DNA of 62,952 bases, filler included, from Rhabdomonas costata (lineage: Eukaryota), in NCBI GenBank assembly GCA_019059605.1. It is 50 parts of 50 records of this genome, joined end to end, with 100 filler letters (N's around TTAATTAATTAA, not from the genome) between each part and the next. Parts side by side here need not be neighbours in the genome. Positions count along the whole stretch, not along the records: positions 35,318 to 36,478 come from JAHMHO010025617.1; positions 36,579 to 37,735 come from JAHMHO010025618.1; positions 37,836 to 38,996 come from JAHMHO010025619.1; positions 39,097 to 40,257 come from JAHMHO010025620.1; positions 40,358 to 41,518 come from JAHMHO010025621.1; positions 41,619 to 42,779 come from JAHMHO010025622.1; positions 42,880 to 44,040 come from JAHMHO010025623.1; positions 44,141 to 45,301 come from JAHMHO010025624.1; 42 more parts are not named here. One strand, written 5' to 3'. Shown here in pieces: positions 36,346-49,338 of this stretch. Below the pieces are notes generated by a model. The model was not told the DNA's origin and searched no databases. It worked only from the letters and a program-made list of their open reading frames with translations. Made by a program: the position numbers and the translations under genes. How positions within the stretch are numbered: the stretch's first letter is position 1; each line of letters opens with the position of its first letter.

Positions 36346-36478
36346 CCTCCCGCTTCTGTCCTCCGAACACCAAGGTCTTCGTGACCTCCTGGGCCACCAA
36401 CTTACCCTGCTCTTCATCCACGACCTTCATGTTGTCCAGCATTACGTGGGTCTCTGCTTGACCGACTACTGCACCAAC
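36346..36478 (-). CDS. Probable exon of unknown protein (cut by contig end)
   Basis: VVGQAETHVMLDNMKVVDEEQGKLVAQEVTKTLVFGGQKRE|gtgtat; GC3-rich. Confidence 0.4.
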
Positions 36479-37850
36479 NNNNNNNNNNNNNNNNNNNNNN
36501 NNNNNNNNNNNNNNNNNNNNNNTTAATTAATTAANNNNNNNNNNNNNNNNNNNNNNNNNNNNNNNNNNNNNNNNNNNNGTTTCGAGACTTGATGCGGGTA
36601 CCACCCACCTCCCGTTGCTGGAGGGGCACTTCTCCACGAGTTACAGTTAGCCAAGTTGGCCGTGAGTGTCGCACGCCCAAGAGAATCCCTAGCTGGGGTG
36701 TGGATCGAGCGCCCCGGAGGAAGTCGGGACGCCCCCCGCCGAAGAGACCCCGCGCATCCGAGCTGAGACCGCCTCGGAAAAGGTACTGCGGGACGAGCGA
36801 CTGGAGTACGTCGAGGAGGGCCGCACGTAGACCTCTACAGCGGCACGCATCTCCTCCGCTTCCTCTTCCTCTTCGGACTGCACCGAGACGTATGTCGCGC
36901 TGTCGTTGTCATCCGAAGACGCTGCCATACTGCCCGGGCGGGCCACTGATTGGTCAATAAACAGGCGAAGAAAAAGTGGATACATGCGACCGACAGCCGA
37001 CAGCTATTGAGGCTTCACACCAGCTCGAGCACGAGCAGGTGGATTGACAGCTGACGGGAATCGGGGAATCGGGAGATCAGGTTCCCGCCCACGGAACAAC
37101 CCAAGTGTCAGTGGGGGAGAGAGAAAGGTGTGGAACCGGGTGTGACGGCTGATGAGTGAGCGTAGTCTTCTGCAACAAGATAAATACTGTCACAATTAAT
37201 CTTCATTTTTTCCATACCTCGTACAAAGGTACAGCAATAAAAGTTCCAAGCCAGGACATACCGGGCACAAGGACACGCATAATTGCTTGGACACAATCCG
37301 CTCTGACAGCTGCTCATTGCGGCCAGCGCTCATGCGCGTGAAAGTGCCCATCTTATGTTCAGTGACACAATCGTTGGATAAAAGTCATTGTTCCAATAAA
37401 TTAGCGTTCAATTCCATAGCTTACAAGTACTCGACATGACCATGGCAGCAGTAGACACACTGCATTACAGTGGCGCCCAAAGTGGGTGTCGAGCCGAGCA
37501 TACCGCTGTGCGTGGAAGCGCTCCCGCTGAGTGGCGATTCACAGGTCTGAGCGGGGTCAGGTAAAATGGAGGTGAGAAAAAGTCACGCAGCCAAAAAAAC
37601 GAAGTAGCCAAAGAATCAGACACCAGTTTCTGCTTCAACCTTCATTGATATTCATCATGAAAACAGCCCCCACACCACCATTCCAGAAAAAAGTGCTTAT
37701 CAAACCTGCATTTCACTAACAGCCCCCACACCCCCNNNNNNNNNNNNNNNNNNNNNNNNNNNNNNNNNNNNNNNNNNNNTTAATTAATTAANNNNNNNNN
37801 NNNNNNNNNNNNNNNNNNNNNNNNNNNNNNNNNNNGTGTTGGTGTGTTTG

Positions 37851-38981
37851 GGTATTCGGGATTTTATCGTCAACTTCATCATCAACATGAGCAAAGACGA
37901 AGCGTCCCTGCTTGCCCACAAGGTGCTGATTCATAAGCTCAACCATACGCTAGTACAGGTATTTTTTTACTGCACATTAAAGCGAAGCTTGTGAAGTGGG
38001 TGCATTCGTTTGTTCTGTTTTGTTTTGACGCTTTTCCTGCCAGATTCTCAAGCAGGACTGGCCGCAAAACTGGCCGAACTTTGTTTCCGACTTGGTGTCT
38101 TTTCTTTTTTATCACTCTCTTTGTTCCATTGGCTTCGTCTGTTTGCAGATGTGCCTATAATCCAATTTCAGGTTGGGTCAAGCAAGGCAAGCGATGCGCT
38201 CTGTGAGAACAACCTTCATATTCTCAAGCTCCTGAGGTTTTTGTCTTTTATACAGCTCCGTCCTTTTCCCAGCAATGCTCCAATGCTCCGAAGTTCGGAG
38301 TCCGTCTGTTTGGTGACTCTCCACAAATATAATAATGGGCAGCTGGACTTTAAGGGTGTGAGGGCCGCGCACGTCCCTTTGGAAAATTGGAAAAACGTAG
38401 ATGTGTTGGGACAAAGAGTGCAGCGTACTTCCGTGATTTTCCCCGAGGGGCGATGAATGGACTTATTGACAGCAAAGGGATATATTTTTTAAGTGAAGGC
38501 CAGTTAAGGTCCGCAGCGGAGGGGAGGGTGCGTGGCGGGAAAGGGCCCGTGGTTTCTTTCCGGCTGAGGAATCTGGCACAATCCAACTGGACAGTATTCG
38601 GCCTGGATAATTAGGGGGGCCCATCAAACAGAATAAACCCCCAAGTTGTTGCTTGCTCGGTTTGCTATGACGAATTAGGCGAGCCGTCACGTGGGCAGAA
38701 GTCAATTCACAGATAGGCATTTTTAAAAAGGAAATTGTAAGTCCTCAAAACTTTCATTTCATCTCGCGGTGGCGGAGTTCTGAAAAACAACCTTCTCTGT
38801 TGGGTTGAATGAGGGTCTCACTCCGCGTTTATCCAGCGAGGAAGTCTTTGACTTCTCCTCGGGGCAGATGACGGAGGCTAAGGTGTCCCAGCTGAAGACA
38901 ACACTGAACCAGGAGTTTGCACTGATCTTTGAGCTGTGCCAATCTGTCCTGCTGACCTCGCAGAACGTCAACCTGCTCACG
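37851..38981 (+). CDS. XPO1: Exportin-1/CRM1, four exons (37851-37958, 38044-38094, 38172-38236, 38837-38981)
   Basis: GIRDFIVNFII...KLNHTLVQ|ILKQDWPQNWPNFVSDL|VGSSKASDALCENNLHILKLLS|EEVFDFSSGQMTEAK...EFALIFELCQ. All introns are GT-AG and in frame. Confidence 0.97.
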
Positions 38982-41278
38982 GTGAGACCAACCCCCNNNN
39001 NNNNNNNNNNNNNNNNNNNNNNNNNNNNNNNNNNNNNNNNTTAATTAATTAANNNNNNNNNNNNNNNNNNNNNNNNNNNNNNNNNNNNNNNNNNNNGGGG
39101 TTTCTTTCTTCTTCCTTCCTTTTCCTTTCTTCCTGCTTTATGTCACATCGTACCCGGACAACTCTTCTTTGTTCTCTGTTTTCAAAGAATATTTTATGTG
39201 CTGTGTGTAACTTGCCGCTCCCCTCGATCCCCTTTGCACGGTGGCCGATGTGCCCCTTTTGTTGCAGTAGTTCTGCGATGCGTGTGAACACCCTTCCGGC
39301 AACGACCACAAGCGTGCGAGCGTGCCGCTCCACACTTCGTCTCCATTTCCTGCATTATCACTTTCCTGATTTTGTCCTTCTGGTCTCAGCTGTGATTACC
39401 CCAAGCCCCCCGAGGGCCGCCCTCCTCTTGTGGGCCGCCCCTGCTCCTTCGTTCTGCTCTTCGCGGGCAGCGCCTGGGAGCGCCAGACACATATCTACCT
39501 CACCTACCGCCGCCCTTGGGAGACGGAAATACAGCCTCTGTACTCCCTGGTCTTCCCGGTAACGGTATCTCAACCCTTCGCTGGTAGCCTCGAGGGGGTC
39601 ACAGACCCACCCATTGAAACGGACCCACTTCCTCCATCGTTCCATTCCCATGCGGACCCGCCGCAGGCCACGTCTTCTTCCCTGGCGGCGGACCCGCCTC
39701 AGGCTACCCTGTTTTCCTCTCCGTCGTCTACGGGCGGGTCCGGATCCTCAGATCCCTGGGATCCTCCAGGGTCCATTTCAGATTCTTCAAGTGCTGCTGC
39801 TTCCGAGTCAGCTTCTACTCCGGGTTCTTGGGAAACTCAATGGCGCATTACACCGTGGCTCTAGAGAGCTCCAATCCTCTGCGCTCACTCTTTTCCAGTC
39901 TTTTCTGCTCTGAGATCATCAGGTAATCTTCATTTTGGACAAACAAACAAACACACATACCTCGAGTCTTTCGTGGAATTCCGCAGAAGACACACACACA
40001 CCTCGATTTTCGAGGGAAACCATCCAATCTAATCGAATAAAACTCAGCACAACACACAACCCACAACCTCTGGGCACTGATCGGTTGCACAAAGGTAGCC
40101 AGACGCAATGCAGGGCGTTTTGGAGCCCCTTCATTCCCGGAGCGACAAAAAACTTACTCTCCTTTTTCCTTTTTGGACCTTCAGACGACTGGGGCGGTGA
40201 CCTGGCAGTTTCTCCAAACCGTCGTGAAGTTGCTGATTTCGTTTTCTAAAACCCAACNNNNNNNNNNNNNNNNNNNNNNNNNNNNNNNNNNNNNNNNNNN
40301 NTTAATTAATTAANNNNNNNNNNNNNNNNNNNNNNNNNNNNNNNNNNNNNNNNNNNNTTGTTTTTGAGCATCGCTTCAGGTTTCGCGTTGGTTTCTTTCC
40401 CCGCTCGGTGTGGTCTGACCTCCCGTGCTGTCCATCGTCGCTGCTCCTTTTGCCACAAACTCACCTGTGTTTTCGGGGATGGGGTTTCATCGCTCGGATA
40501 CAATCACGTGCAGCGAATGTGCTGGATCAGGTGTGTGAGTACACCCACTCACATAAGCAAGGCCACCCATGTGTAGGTTTTATTGTTGGCTTCGGACTAA
40601 AATGCACAACTCGCCCCTTCCCCTGAACGAATCCCCTCCATCCCTCAACAAATGACCAGAGCTTCATTGTTCCTAACGAATCGTCTTGTAAAAACCACGG
40701 GTGAGGATCAGATCGCTCTCTGCCTTCGAATGTTGGCGGTGGAGTGGAGTCACGGGGGCACGGCTTGTCATTGTGCTTGCCATTTGTTTTCGTACTTTTC
40801 GAACGAGAATTGAGAGTTGTTGGCGCCTGAGTTCTACGGTCACTGCATACGTTGACACATATATGCGTGTTGGCACATACATGACCACTACTACCGTGGC
40901 GTATACGTGAATGCGTTCACCGTATATCATACGCCTCGTGTGGTGTGGACTATCCTGTAACTGCTTCCAGTGCGGTTCGAAGATGGTGGTGCCAGTCGTA
41001 GATGATGGTTCGGTACTTCGACGTGCGTTGTGTTTATCCTTCTGTGTTGTATGATTCGAGTACTGCCAGGCTACGTGAGCTACGTGTGCCATTCATTTTC
41101 AGGGAGTGTTACTACCTAGATAGCTCTATGGATGATACCATCCACTGTCGCCTACTAGCCGGCGTTGACGTGCTCTTTAATTCTTTATAATGGAGCTGGA
41201 AGCTAACCACAATTGGTTCGGGTAATTCAGGACATCTTTAGCTTCTGATGTATTATTTTACCGCTTTGTCTTACCCAG

Positions 41279-41398
41279 GATAATGTAAGGCCTGCATCTG
41301 AGGAGGACAGCATGATTGCCACCCTGGAAAAGAAATTCCGAGGCACTGGCTTTAACCCCCCTTGTGCGATCTTCCACGACCGCTCGGAGTTTACAGAG
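41279..41398 (+). CDS. Probable 120-nt exon of unknown protein
   Basis: cag|DNVRPASEEDSMIATLEKKFRGTGFNPPCAIFHDRSEFTE|gt. Confidence 0.4.
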
Positions 41399-41907
41399 GT
41401 TAGCGAATGTGCAATTGCTCTGTCTGCATTCCCTTCTTCCCCTTCTGCCAGGCGGAATCAGTCCTGTGCGGGTCTGACCCCTGCCTGGTGCTGTGCTCCT
41501 TGTTCTTACCCCAACCCCNNNNNNNNNNNNNNNNNNNNNNNNNNNNNNNNNNNNNNNNNNNNTTAATTAATTAANNNNNNNNNNNNNNNNNNNNNNNNNN
41601 NNNNNNNNNNNNNNNNNNTGTGGTGGGTGATTCCGAATGGAAAAGACTTTCCAGTGTGGAAAGGACCATTACGAAGGCAGAAGAAGGGAAAGGAAAGGGA
41701 AGCGGGGTGCATGGAATGGAGTGGAGTTAGGTGGGGGCAGAGGGAGCCATTTACTCAGCTCGCAGTGAGAGATGTCTTATGAAGTAAGTGAGCAAGTAAT
41801 AAAATGAAGTAAAGAAAAAAGTATCCGAATGAATGACCGGGACATTTTGGTTCCGGGAGGAAGGGAGAAACGTAATGAACATGTGGTGCGCAGGTAAAGG
41901 GGGAGAC

Positions 41908-42326
41908 CACAAAGAAGGGCTTCTTGCCCGCTTGCTGGGCCTCCCGCACGCGCAGCTCCAAGTCGGCCGGGCACATCGCCCCCGCAGAGTCGGACTGCAC
42001 CATCACCAGATTGTCCAGCCCTAGACCCTGCAGGTGAAGAACACACGCATGCACGCCTGGCAGGCCAGAGACTAGAGTCCGCTCACCAGTGCAGCGGTAG
42101 TCAGCGTCTTACCCGAAACTACAAATTGTGGTGAGCAGACAGAGAAAAGTTGAATTTGCAGGCAATTTGAAAAGAAACCATCGCCATCGCAGCCTTCTGG
42201 TAGGAGTAGTGGGCCTGGTCCGACACGAAGGCCACCAGAGTGGGCCCCCCTGCGGCGCCCCGAGTGCGGGACTCCGGGTCGGCGCGCGACCGGGCCACAA
42301 GCATCCCGTACAGGTTGGCAATCGAC
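41908..42326 (-). CDS. Group II PLP-dependent decarboxylase (GAD/CSAD/ADC-like), exons 42326-42179 and 42027-41908
   Basis: GSIANLYGMLVAR...LVAFVSDQAHYSYQKAAMAM|GLGLDNLVMVQSDSAGAMCPADLE...AQQAGKKPFFV matches the GAD/CSAD pattern. Intron is GT-AG. Confidence 0.92.
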
Positions 42327-43243
42327 CTAAATATATCATACATGCCCAACTTCAAACACAAGCAGGGAGAAGCGAAGGTCACTTTCCCCAAGAGAAAATC
42401 TCGGCTTGTCAAGCTTTTCCGAACGTGTGGCCGAGATTGAAAGGATGGCGAAGGGATACAGAGTGGGGTTGGGATAGAAGGTTGATTCACCAAGCATGCA
42501 ATACGACATTTAGCAGAGAAGGGCACAGCCACTTGAAGCCGGCTGACATTCATCAACAACTGAGATCTTGAAATGTTCACTCTCCCTTCCAACCTCATAA
42601 AAGAATCAAAGATACACACATGCTTAGCGAAATAAAAAGACATCCAATCACGAACTCACTTGTGCGCGTGCGGTCTGTGGTGCACGGCATGCATCGACTC
42701 CCAATCCATCACCAAAATGGACTCCCCCCCGGCCGCATCCCAACTAGAGGTCGGACGCAAGCTTGATAACCCAACACCCNNNNNNNNNNNNNNNNNNNNN
42801 NNNNNNNNNNNNNNNNNNNNNNNTTAATTAATTAANNNNNNNNNNNNNNNNNNNNNNNNNNNNNNNNNNNNNNNNNNNNGGTAATCCTCTGAAATTCCCA
42901 TAAACCAACTACACAACTCCCTATCCCTTCCATTTTCCATCGTGACAAAAAATCCATCCAATCAATTCCTTTCGGCATTTACTCATGCTCCGAACAATCA
43001 CTCCCTGCTCCCAATTAGCATATATGTGACTGAGCCTGGAGCCGAGTCGCAGACTGATGAACTCAGACTGCAATAAACTAAAGGGAGGCTGAGCAGGGAA
43101 CGGGGGGATTTACTACTGCTCCGCCCAAACCGATTGTACCCAAAACTCAAAAAATTTCAAAGGCCGCACGCAACCCATGGAGTGCGGTCTTACCACCACA
43201 CAATGGACGTAGCCAAATGAAAAAAAAAACGAAAGCAACTCAC

Positions 43244-43476
43244 ATACTCCTCAGCAGCGGCGGGGCACTCGGATGAGTCCTCGCTCCTGGAGCCAGTGTC
43301 GGGGAAGTCCTGTGGGCACCCCGTGGGGTTCTCTAAACTGCCCCCGCCGCCACCGTTCTCGGGGAGCTCTCCGATTGCTCGCAGCAAGGTCTCCGCCAAT
43401 ACCACCGTGCCGCGGCCATGTCCCGAAGCACACCTCAGGTACTGCTGCAGCAGAGGGCGTGCCCGACGGCAGTCAT
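43244..43476 (-). CDS. Probable exon of unknown protein
   Basis: tttcag|DCRRARPLLQQYLRCASGHGRGTVVLAETLLRAIGEL...AAAEEY|gtgagt. Confidence 0.45.
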
Positions 43477-45571
43477 CTGAAATAAAAAACAAAAACTGCA
43501 GAAAGCATCGCCATGCGGTTCGCCGCTGCTCGTGAGGGTATGAACCTAAGCCCACGAAGGTTTCTGTCTCCGGTCCACAAAAAGAAATTTTCAAGTGATC
43601 ACACGCTATATGGCCCAACCTCCCTCCTTCCGCTCAGCGACACCGCCTCACGGCAGGGGCAAAAATTCACTGTCCCACCACAGTTGCCACTTATCTGGGC
43701 TGCAACAGTGCCTGTTCAAATCCACAGAGCGCTGGTGCGGGTCTCCACAACCTTCCCTTTGGGAATTTTTCGCGGCTTGTTGACCCCTTGAGAAGAGCCA
43801 CTCTCGCTGTTCTTGGTGGTCGCTTTGCGAAAGCGATTACTCTGGCACGGTCCACGAAAAGTTGAGGTCTCCAGGTCAGAAGGAACGAACCGCGGGAAGG
43901 AACAAAGGAAGGCTGAGAAGGTGGCCACCTGGACCAGCATGCAAAAGACTACGCAAGGAGGCAGTTGGGTGATAAGGACACCTGACAAAAAAGCAGCTAA
44001 CAGGGAAGTAGCCGTAGTAGTAGTAGTAGAAGTAGTAGAANNNNNNNNNNNNNNNNNNNNNNNNNNNNNNNNNNNNNNNNNNNNTTAATTAATTAANNNN
44101 NNNNNNNNNNNNNNNNNNNNNNNNNNNNNNNNNNNNNNNNTTTTTGGTTTTAATTCGCCCTTTGGGGGGCAAGACAAGGGAGACAGAAGCAGTGAGAGAT
44201 GGCCCCAAAGGGGCTCTGCATACCGACAACAATGGCAGTGTTGCAGTGGACACTGAGCTGCTGCAGAAGCTGCGCCTGGGACACCAGGGCACCCAGAACC
44301 TGCCAGTAAAACGCCATCACGGGTTCACCACACAACAAAAAATGGCGTTCAAGGTGATCTCGACGCCCGTGGTACCAACCTGGGGCCACGTGTGGGGCTT
44401 AAAAAAGAATCCGCGAGTCCGCCGGAAGGAAAGAAAGAAGCGCGCACTACTCCCAACGTTCAGACGATTCGAGGAAAACGTACGAGAGAGAGAAACGATT
44501 TCGTGCAAAACGGAAAATGCAGAAACGATGAGCCACGCTCTGTCATTTATGGCGGCAACACGAACCCCTGCGACCAGAGCAACCACAACAAAGCGAGAAC
44601 ACCACACCGTCAGCGCGGACAGCGCCTCGCAGCCCACGGACGTGTACGTGCCCTGCCCAAAAACTACACCGATGCTGAGCTGAAGCAGCGTGCGTTGCGA
44701 GAGCTGAACCAGCTTCACCGCCAGCTGGCACGCCTAAGTTTACAGAAATCGACCAAACTACACACAAACTACTACGTTACTCCGCCCCATGTTAGTGGTG
44801 TCCGTAAATCAGGTCCAGGCTCCATCTCCTCCGCATCAGACTGCCTCTGCAGTGGAACGCACTCTGGGAAGACCAACACAGTGCTCAAACGGTACTCGAA
44901 AGAGGGATTAAGTTCCGGAGTACAAGCGTCATTGCAACAAAGACATCCTCTACCACCTCAAATAGTCGTCATCACATCAAGTGAATCACAGCGGGTGCGG
45001 TTTGCATCGGTTCAAACGATCGAATGAACGAACAGCTTGCCTGCATTCGGGACGAGGCGCAGGGGCGCGCGGTATTCCAGTGGATCAGCAGGGAGTCTCC
45101 GTCCAGGCTGGCCGTGCCCAGGTGATCGTCAATAGCAGGGTAAGCCTGCGAGAAGTCAACGCCCCACTGCTACAACACGGAAATCGGGAGGATACCAGAA
45201 GCACCAGGCCTTGGACATTGTGTGAAAGCCGGAGTCGTGTCGGTGGGACATGAACGGGTGAGCACAACAGAATGAGAGGCATGACCGCAACGGCACACCA
45301 ANNNNNNNNNNNNNNNNNNNNNNNNNNNNNNNNNNNNNNNNNNNNTTAATTAATTAANNNNNNNNNNNNNNNNNNNNNNNNNNNNNNNNNNNNNNNNNNN
45401 NTCCGTCAGCTTCTTCCTCAACGTTGGGGAACTTCGCAGGGTCAAGGGTTCGCTTCAGTCGGGCCGGTTCAATCGTGCAACCGAAGCCGGAACAGGTCTC
45501 TCAAATTCATTTCAGCTCACCCTAATTCGGCAAATCCAACCCTGAGAGGATAGTAACAATATGCCGCGCAC

Positions 45572-45707
45572 CCGCTGAAACTCCAGAAACACCGTGGGGT
45601 CGTACACAAGCTGGGACACGATGAAGCTTGCGCCGGCATCCACCTTCTCCTTCAGGTGCTGAAGATAAATCTCGTAGGACACACCAGACGGCAGGCCGCC
45701 GGGATAC
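45572..45707 (-). CDS. MTHFR: Methylenetetrahydrofolate reductase exon
   Basis: YPGG...YLQHLKEKVDAGASFIVSQLVYDPTVFLEFQR matches L.HLK.KVDAGA.FI.TQLF.D; bounded by cag| and |gtgcg. Confidence 0.92.
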
Positions 45708-46009
45708 CTGTCCCAGACCCAGACCAAACCGAGGAAGGGCGAGTGTGCAGTGGTAGACTGGGCAGAGGCAGAGGGAATAGAACATCCCATTTACTTTTTT
45801 TAGAGTGGTGGTTTCTCTCGAGTTTCCACTAGAAACGCGCGCTCAAGCAAAAACAAGACAGCACGTTGTCAGTAAAACAAACCTGCCCATGTCAACAGCA
45901 GCAAAGCGCGTCCCACTCCACGCATGGCGCATCTGTCCTCTGGCGTTTTTTTGAGATATGTTGTGGTCACCAAACACGTCGCGGACAATCTCTGATGTAC
46001 ATTTGCAAT

Positions 46010-46500
46010 GCACCGCTCTTCCTCTGAAGCGCTGTACTTGACCAAGTACAAGGCCACAAACCTGTTGTCACAAACCTGGGCGTTTATGTGAGATTACGTC
46101 GCAGCGAACGTTTTATGACTAAACTGGCTTACATTTTCGCAGCCATATCCACGGGACGCGCAATGCCTTCCGCCGCTCAGTACATGAAGCAATGCCACTT
46201 TCCCAGTCACTGGATCTCGTGTGGCAAGTTCACAATGAATGAGAAATTCTTGGGCGTTAGCTGGCACTTCAAAATAGGGACAAACTTGTACGCATCGTTC
46301 GTAGAGAATGGCACCCAAAAACGACAGGACCCGTCATCCATCAGGCATTTCTGAGAGCAGCTGTGTACTTGAATTTTCCAGGCCAGCATTTCCAGTTCCT
46401 TGCCTCTGAGGATGTGGTCAAATGCATTTGAAATTGTTGCTGTGATTTTGGCAAGTGCCTTTTTGGAGTACGAAGCAACGTTTATGTGGCACATTGAATT
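46010..46500 (-). mobile_element. Probable decayed Helitron-like Rep (HUH endonuclease) C-terminal fragment
   Basis: IQVHSCSQKC....CRFWVP followed by FVALYLVKYSASEE (YxxKY motif 3); internal stops and frameshifts. Confidence 0.5.
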
Positions 46501-46737
46501 CCCGACGAATGTCTCCTCTGTACAGATGAAACATTCGTCGGGAATTCAATGTACCACACAAANNNNNNNNNNNNNNNNNNNNNNNNNNNNNNNNNNNNNN
46601 NNNNNNTTAATTAATTAANNNNNNNNNNNNNNNNNNNNNNNNNNNNNNNNNNNNNNNNNNNNGGTGGGGGGGTGACAGTCCCAAGCTTCCCTTGCACGGT
46701 GCAAAAACATGAATAAGACATTGCCAGTCTTATATCC

Positions 46738-46790
46738 TGGGTGTCGGGCTCGTGGCCGCAAGGTCGCGGGTTCGATTCCCAGACCCGGCC
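46738..46790 (+). mobile_element. tRNA-like 3' half (B-box), possible SINE head
   Basis: ...AAGGTCGCGGGTTCGATTCCC forms a T-arm/B-box; no convincing D-arm or acceptor stem. Confidence 0.4.
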
Positions 46791-48889
46791 GGGATGGCCA
46801 CCCCAAGGCGGGTAGCCCGTCTTGGCTCTTGGTTCCCATGTGTGAAGCCGGTGTGAAGCCCATGCGGAGTGTGCAAGGGGTCGTGCGGAGCAGCCCCGCG
46901 GATTCCCGCGCGGAGCATGCCACCGCCCTTATTCGACTGTTGTGGGCGTCTTTCCTGTGTCGTATTCTTAGCAAGCCTTGTCTGGGTTCTTTCTCGTTGT
47001 GTTTGCGTTTGTGTGCTCCGTTCGCCGTAGCACCACCTCCCGCGCTTAGATGTTAACCGCCGCCTCTTCCGCCGCCGCCGCCAGAAAATTTGGGGGTTTT
47101 ATAGCACTTTTTGGGTATTTTTAGGACCTCATGGGGAATTGAACTGTTGAACCCTTCGCTTTGCTACGGTACGACCGACTGGGGAGTCAGTCCTGCAGAA
47201 CCAGGTCAGCTTTGTCCGAATTGGTCCTGGACTTTCGGTGTATAGGATGGATCCCTTTACCGACCGGTTGCCGGCCTTCATTTTCCTCTCGCGCTATGAC
47301 GACACCCTTCACCCGTTTTATTTACAAAAGCGAAAACGGCACCAGCTACGGGTGTGAAAATGAACTACAGTCAGCTAGTAGCGTCCTGCTCCTCAGGTTC
47401 CCAACACTGGACATCTAACACCACTTTTTCAGAGCCCAGTGCCATAAGCAACCACAGCAGCACGTCATAGAAACGGAGCAATGTGCCACAGTGGCATGCC
47501 TGTTCAGGGCGATCCACGCCTGAAGGGCCCACAGAACTCAGCAAAGCGAAAAATGAGTCAATGCATGAGTGTTCAAACTTTCCGGGGGCCACACAGGTGA
47601 AAGGAAGCAGCAGCAGCAGCAGCAGAAATGTCCGCGCCATTAAGGAGGCAGCAGCCGGGAGGATGGGTACCCACCCGATCTGCTCGCCTCGCTGCGAAGC
47701 GTGTGCTCTACCGCGCTTCGCTTCCTCTAATCTTTTTCAACCCTGTACACGCCCGTCCACAAAGAAAAGACAAAGGTGCAATTTTATACAGCCAGTGAAG
47801 TCAGTACTTACACAACACAANNNNNNNNNNNNNNNNNNNNNNNNNNNNNNNNNNNNNNNNNNNNTTAATTAATTAANNNNNNNNNNNNNNNNNNNNNNNN
47901 NNNNNNNNNNNNNNNNNNNNTTTTCCGACGGCTACCCGCGCTGCTCCATACTGCTCGGGTCTCTTCCTTATGGGGGGCTGGGGCATTCTCTGGCTGAAAC
48001 ATCCCTTTAATCTTTTCCTTCGGATGTGTGAACGGGCAGCAACGGTACCTGCAGGCGTTGCCGTGCTAGTGCATCACTGTATAATTGCATAGCGGGCTCT
48101 TCCTGCTCTTCTGCTGAATCTCATCTACCTCTGCCTCGGGGCTGCCAGTGACTCAGTGTCTCATTGCTCTTTGCCCTGGTGCGTCTGCTGGTGTGTCGAT
48201 TTCCATTGGTGGCTGTTTCACAGCTCTGGTTTGTAAGGTGCTGATGATCCGATTCTGCCCCTATGGGAGCTCCGGCAGATGCATAAATGGACACCGTTAA
48301 CTAGCAGACCGTCCCATTGCAGCATGGCACTACTGGGGCACACTAGTTTGTCTTCTAGCTTTATCCCAACAGCCATCTATGTCAGTCCCTTCTTTGGCCC
48401 CCCTGTTCCACTGTTCCCCTGTTCCTTGGCCCGTGGCCCGCGGTCACGCTTTCTGCCTCTCCCTCGATTCCATTTATGTTGCGCGCTCTTCGGTCGTGGT
48501 ACTTCCTTCGACTGTCCACTTTGTACCTGTGGAAGTTAAAAGTGACTTTTACATGCGTCAAGCACCAAAGGGATACAAGTGGCGCCTTACTCTGAGCCCA
48601 CAACTTCTAATCTCTAAGAATTTAACCACGCGAGAACTGCGCAGCAAGAATGGGGCGGGGCTCGAATGCCTGATCTCAAAGCAGAGATCCCCATATATTC
48701 CGTGCTTTTCCCTTGAAAATTGTCCCAGGAGGTTTTCATATCGTATTTTCACTGACTTGTTTTTTTGCATTTTGGTCCCGTTTTCCGTGTTTCACCACTT
48801 CTGAAAAGAGCAATTGCAATTTTTCGTCTTCCGCGGCCAGAATATGGAGATGGATGCACACCACCCGCCCATTCACAATTCTCAGACAC

Positions 48890-49047
48890 CTTCTTTGTTG
48901 GGAAGAAAAACGGGTCCAGGGGAGCTGCCTCGACGCCGTTGGCGTGGAGGACCTCATAGCACGCCATCCGGAAAGTCTCCAGGTTGCCATCACCGCCCAT
49001 CTCTCCCACAAAGGAGCCTCCTGCAAACCCAGCGCGGAGAGCAAGAA
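48890..49047 (-). CDS. Probable exon of unknown protein
   Basis: cag|LALRAGFAGGSFVGEMGGDGNLETFRMACYEVLHANGVEAAPLDPFFFPTKK|gtgt. Confidence 0.45.
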
Positions 49048-49187
49048 CTGACGACTCAGAGGCACCCAACCGGCACCCAACNNNNNNNNNNNNNNNNNNN
49101 NNNNNNNNNNNNNNNNNNNNNNNNNTTAATTAATTAANNNNNNNNNNNNNNNNNNNNNNNNNNNNNNNNNNNNNNNNNNNNTGTGGG

Positions 49188-49338
49188 TGGGGATGCGAGT
49201 CGATTTTACTGTTACAGTGAAACTTGGAGGCGAGGAGCGAGCTCATGAGGTTCATTGGGCACCACACCTGCAACCTCTGCAAACTGAGCCCTTTCCAGCC
49301 AAGTTTCACTGTAACAGTAAAATCGACTCGCATCCCCA
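49188..49338. repeat. Perfect 40-bp inverted repeat at contig start (49188-49227 / 49299-49338), 71-nt spacer
   Basis: TGGGGATGCGAGTCGATTTTACTGTTACAGTGAAACTTGG / CCAAGTTTCACTGTAACAGTAAAATCGACTCGCATCCCCA. Confidence 0.95.

Noticed and set aside
25425-45707. Apparent clustering of MTHFR, a methionine-synthase-reductase-like gene and other metabolic genes
   Set aside because: They are on unrelated contigs, so adjacency carries no synteny information.
46738-46790. Intact tRNA gene
   Set aside because: Only the T-arm/B-box is recognisable; no D-arm or acceptor stem.
49228-49298. Spacer translation RFIGHHTCNLCKL resembling the alpha-kinase HxCNxxC motif
   Set aside because: Spacing is one residue short, the segment is tiny and there are no supporting splice sites.
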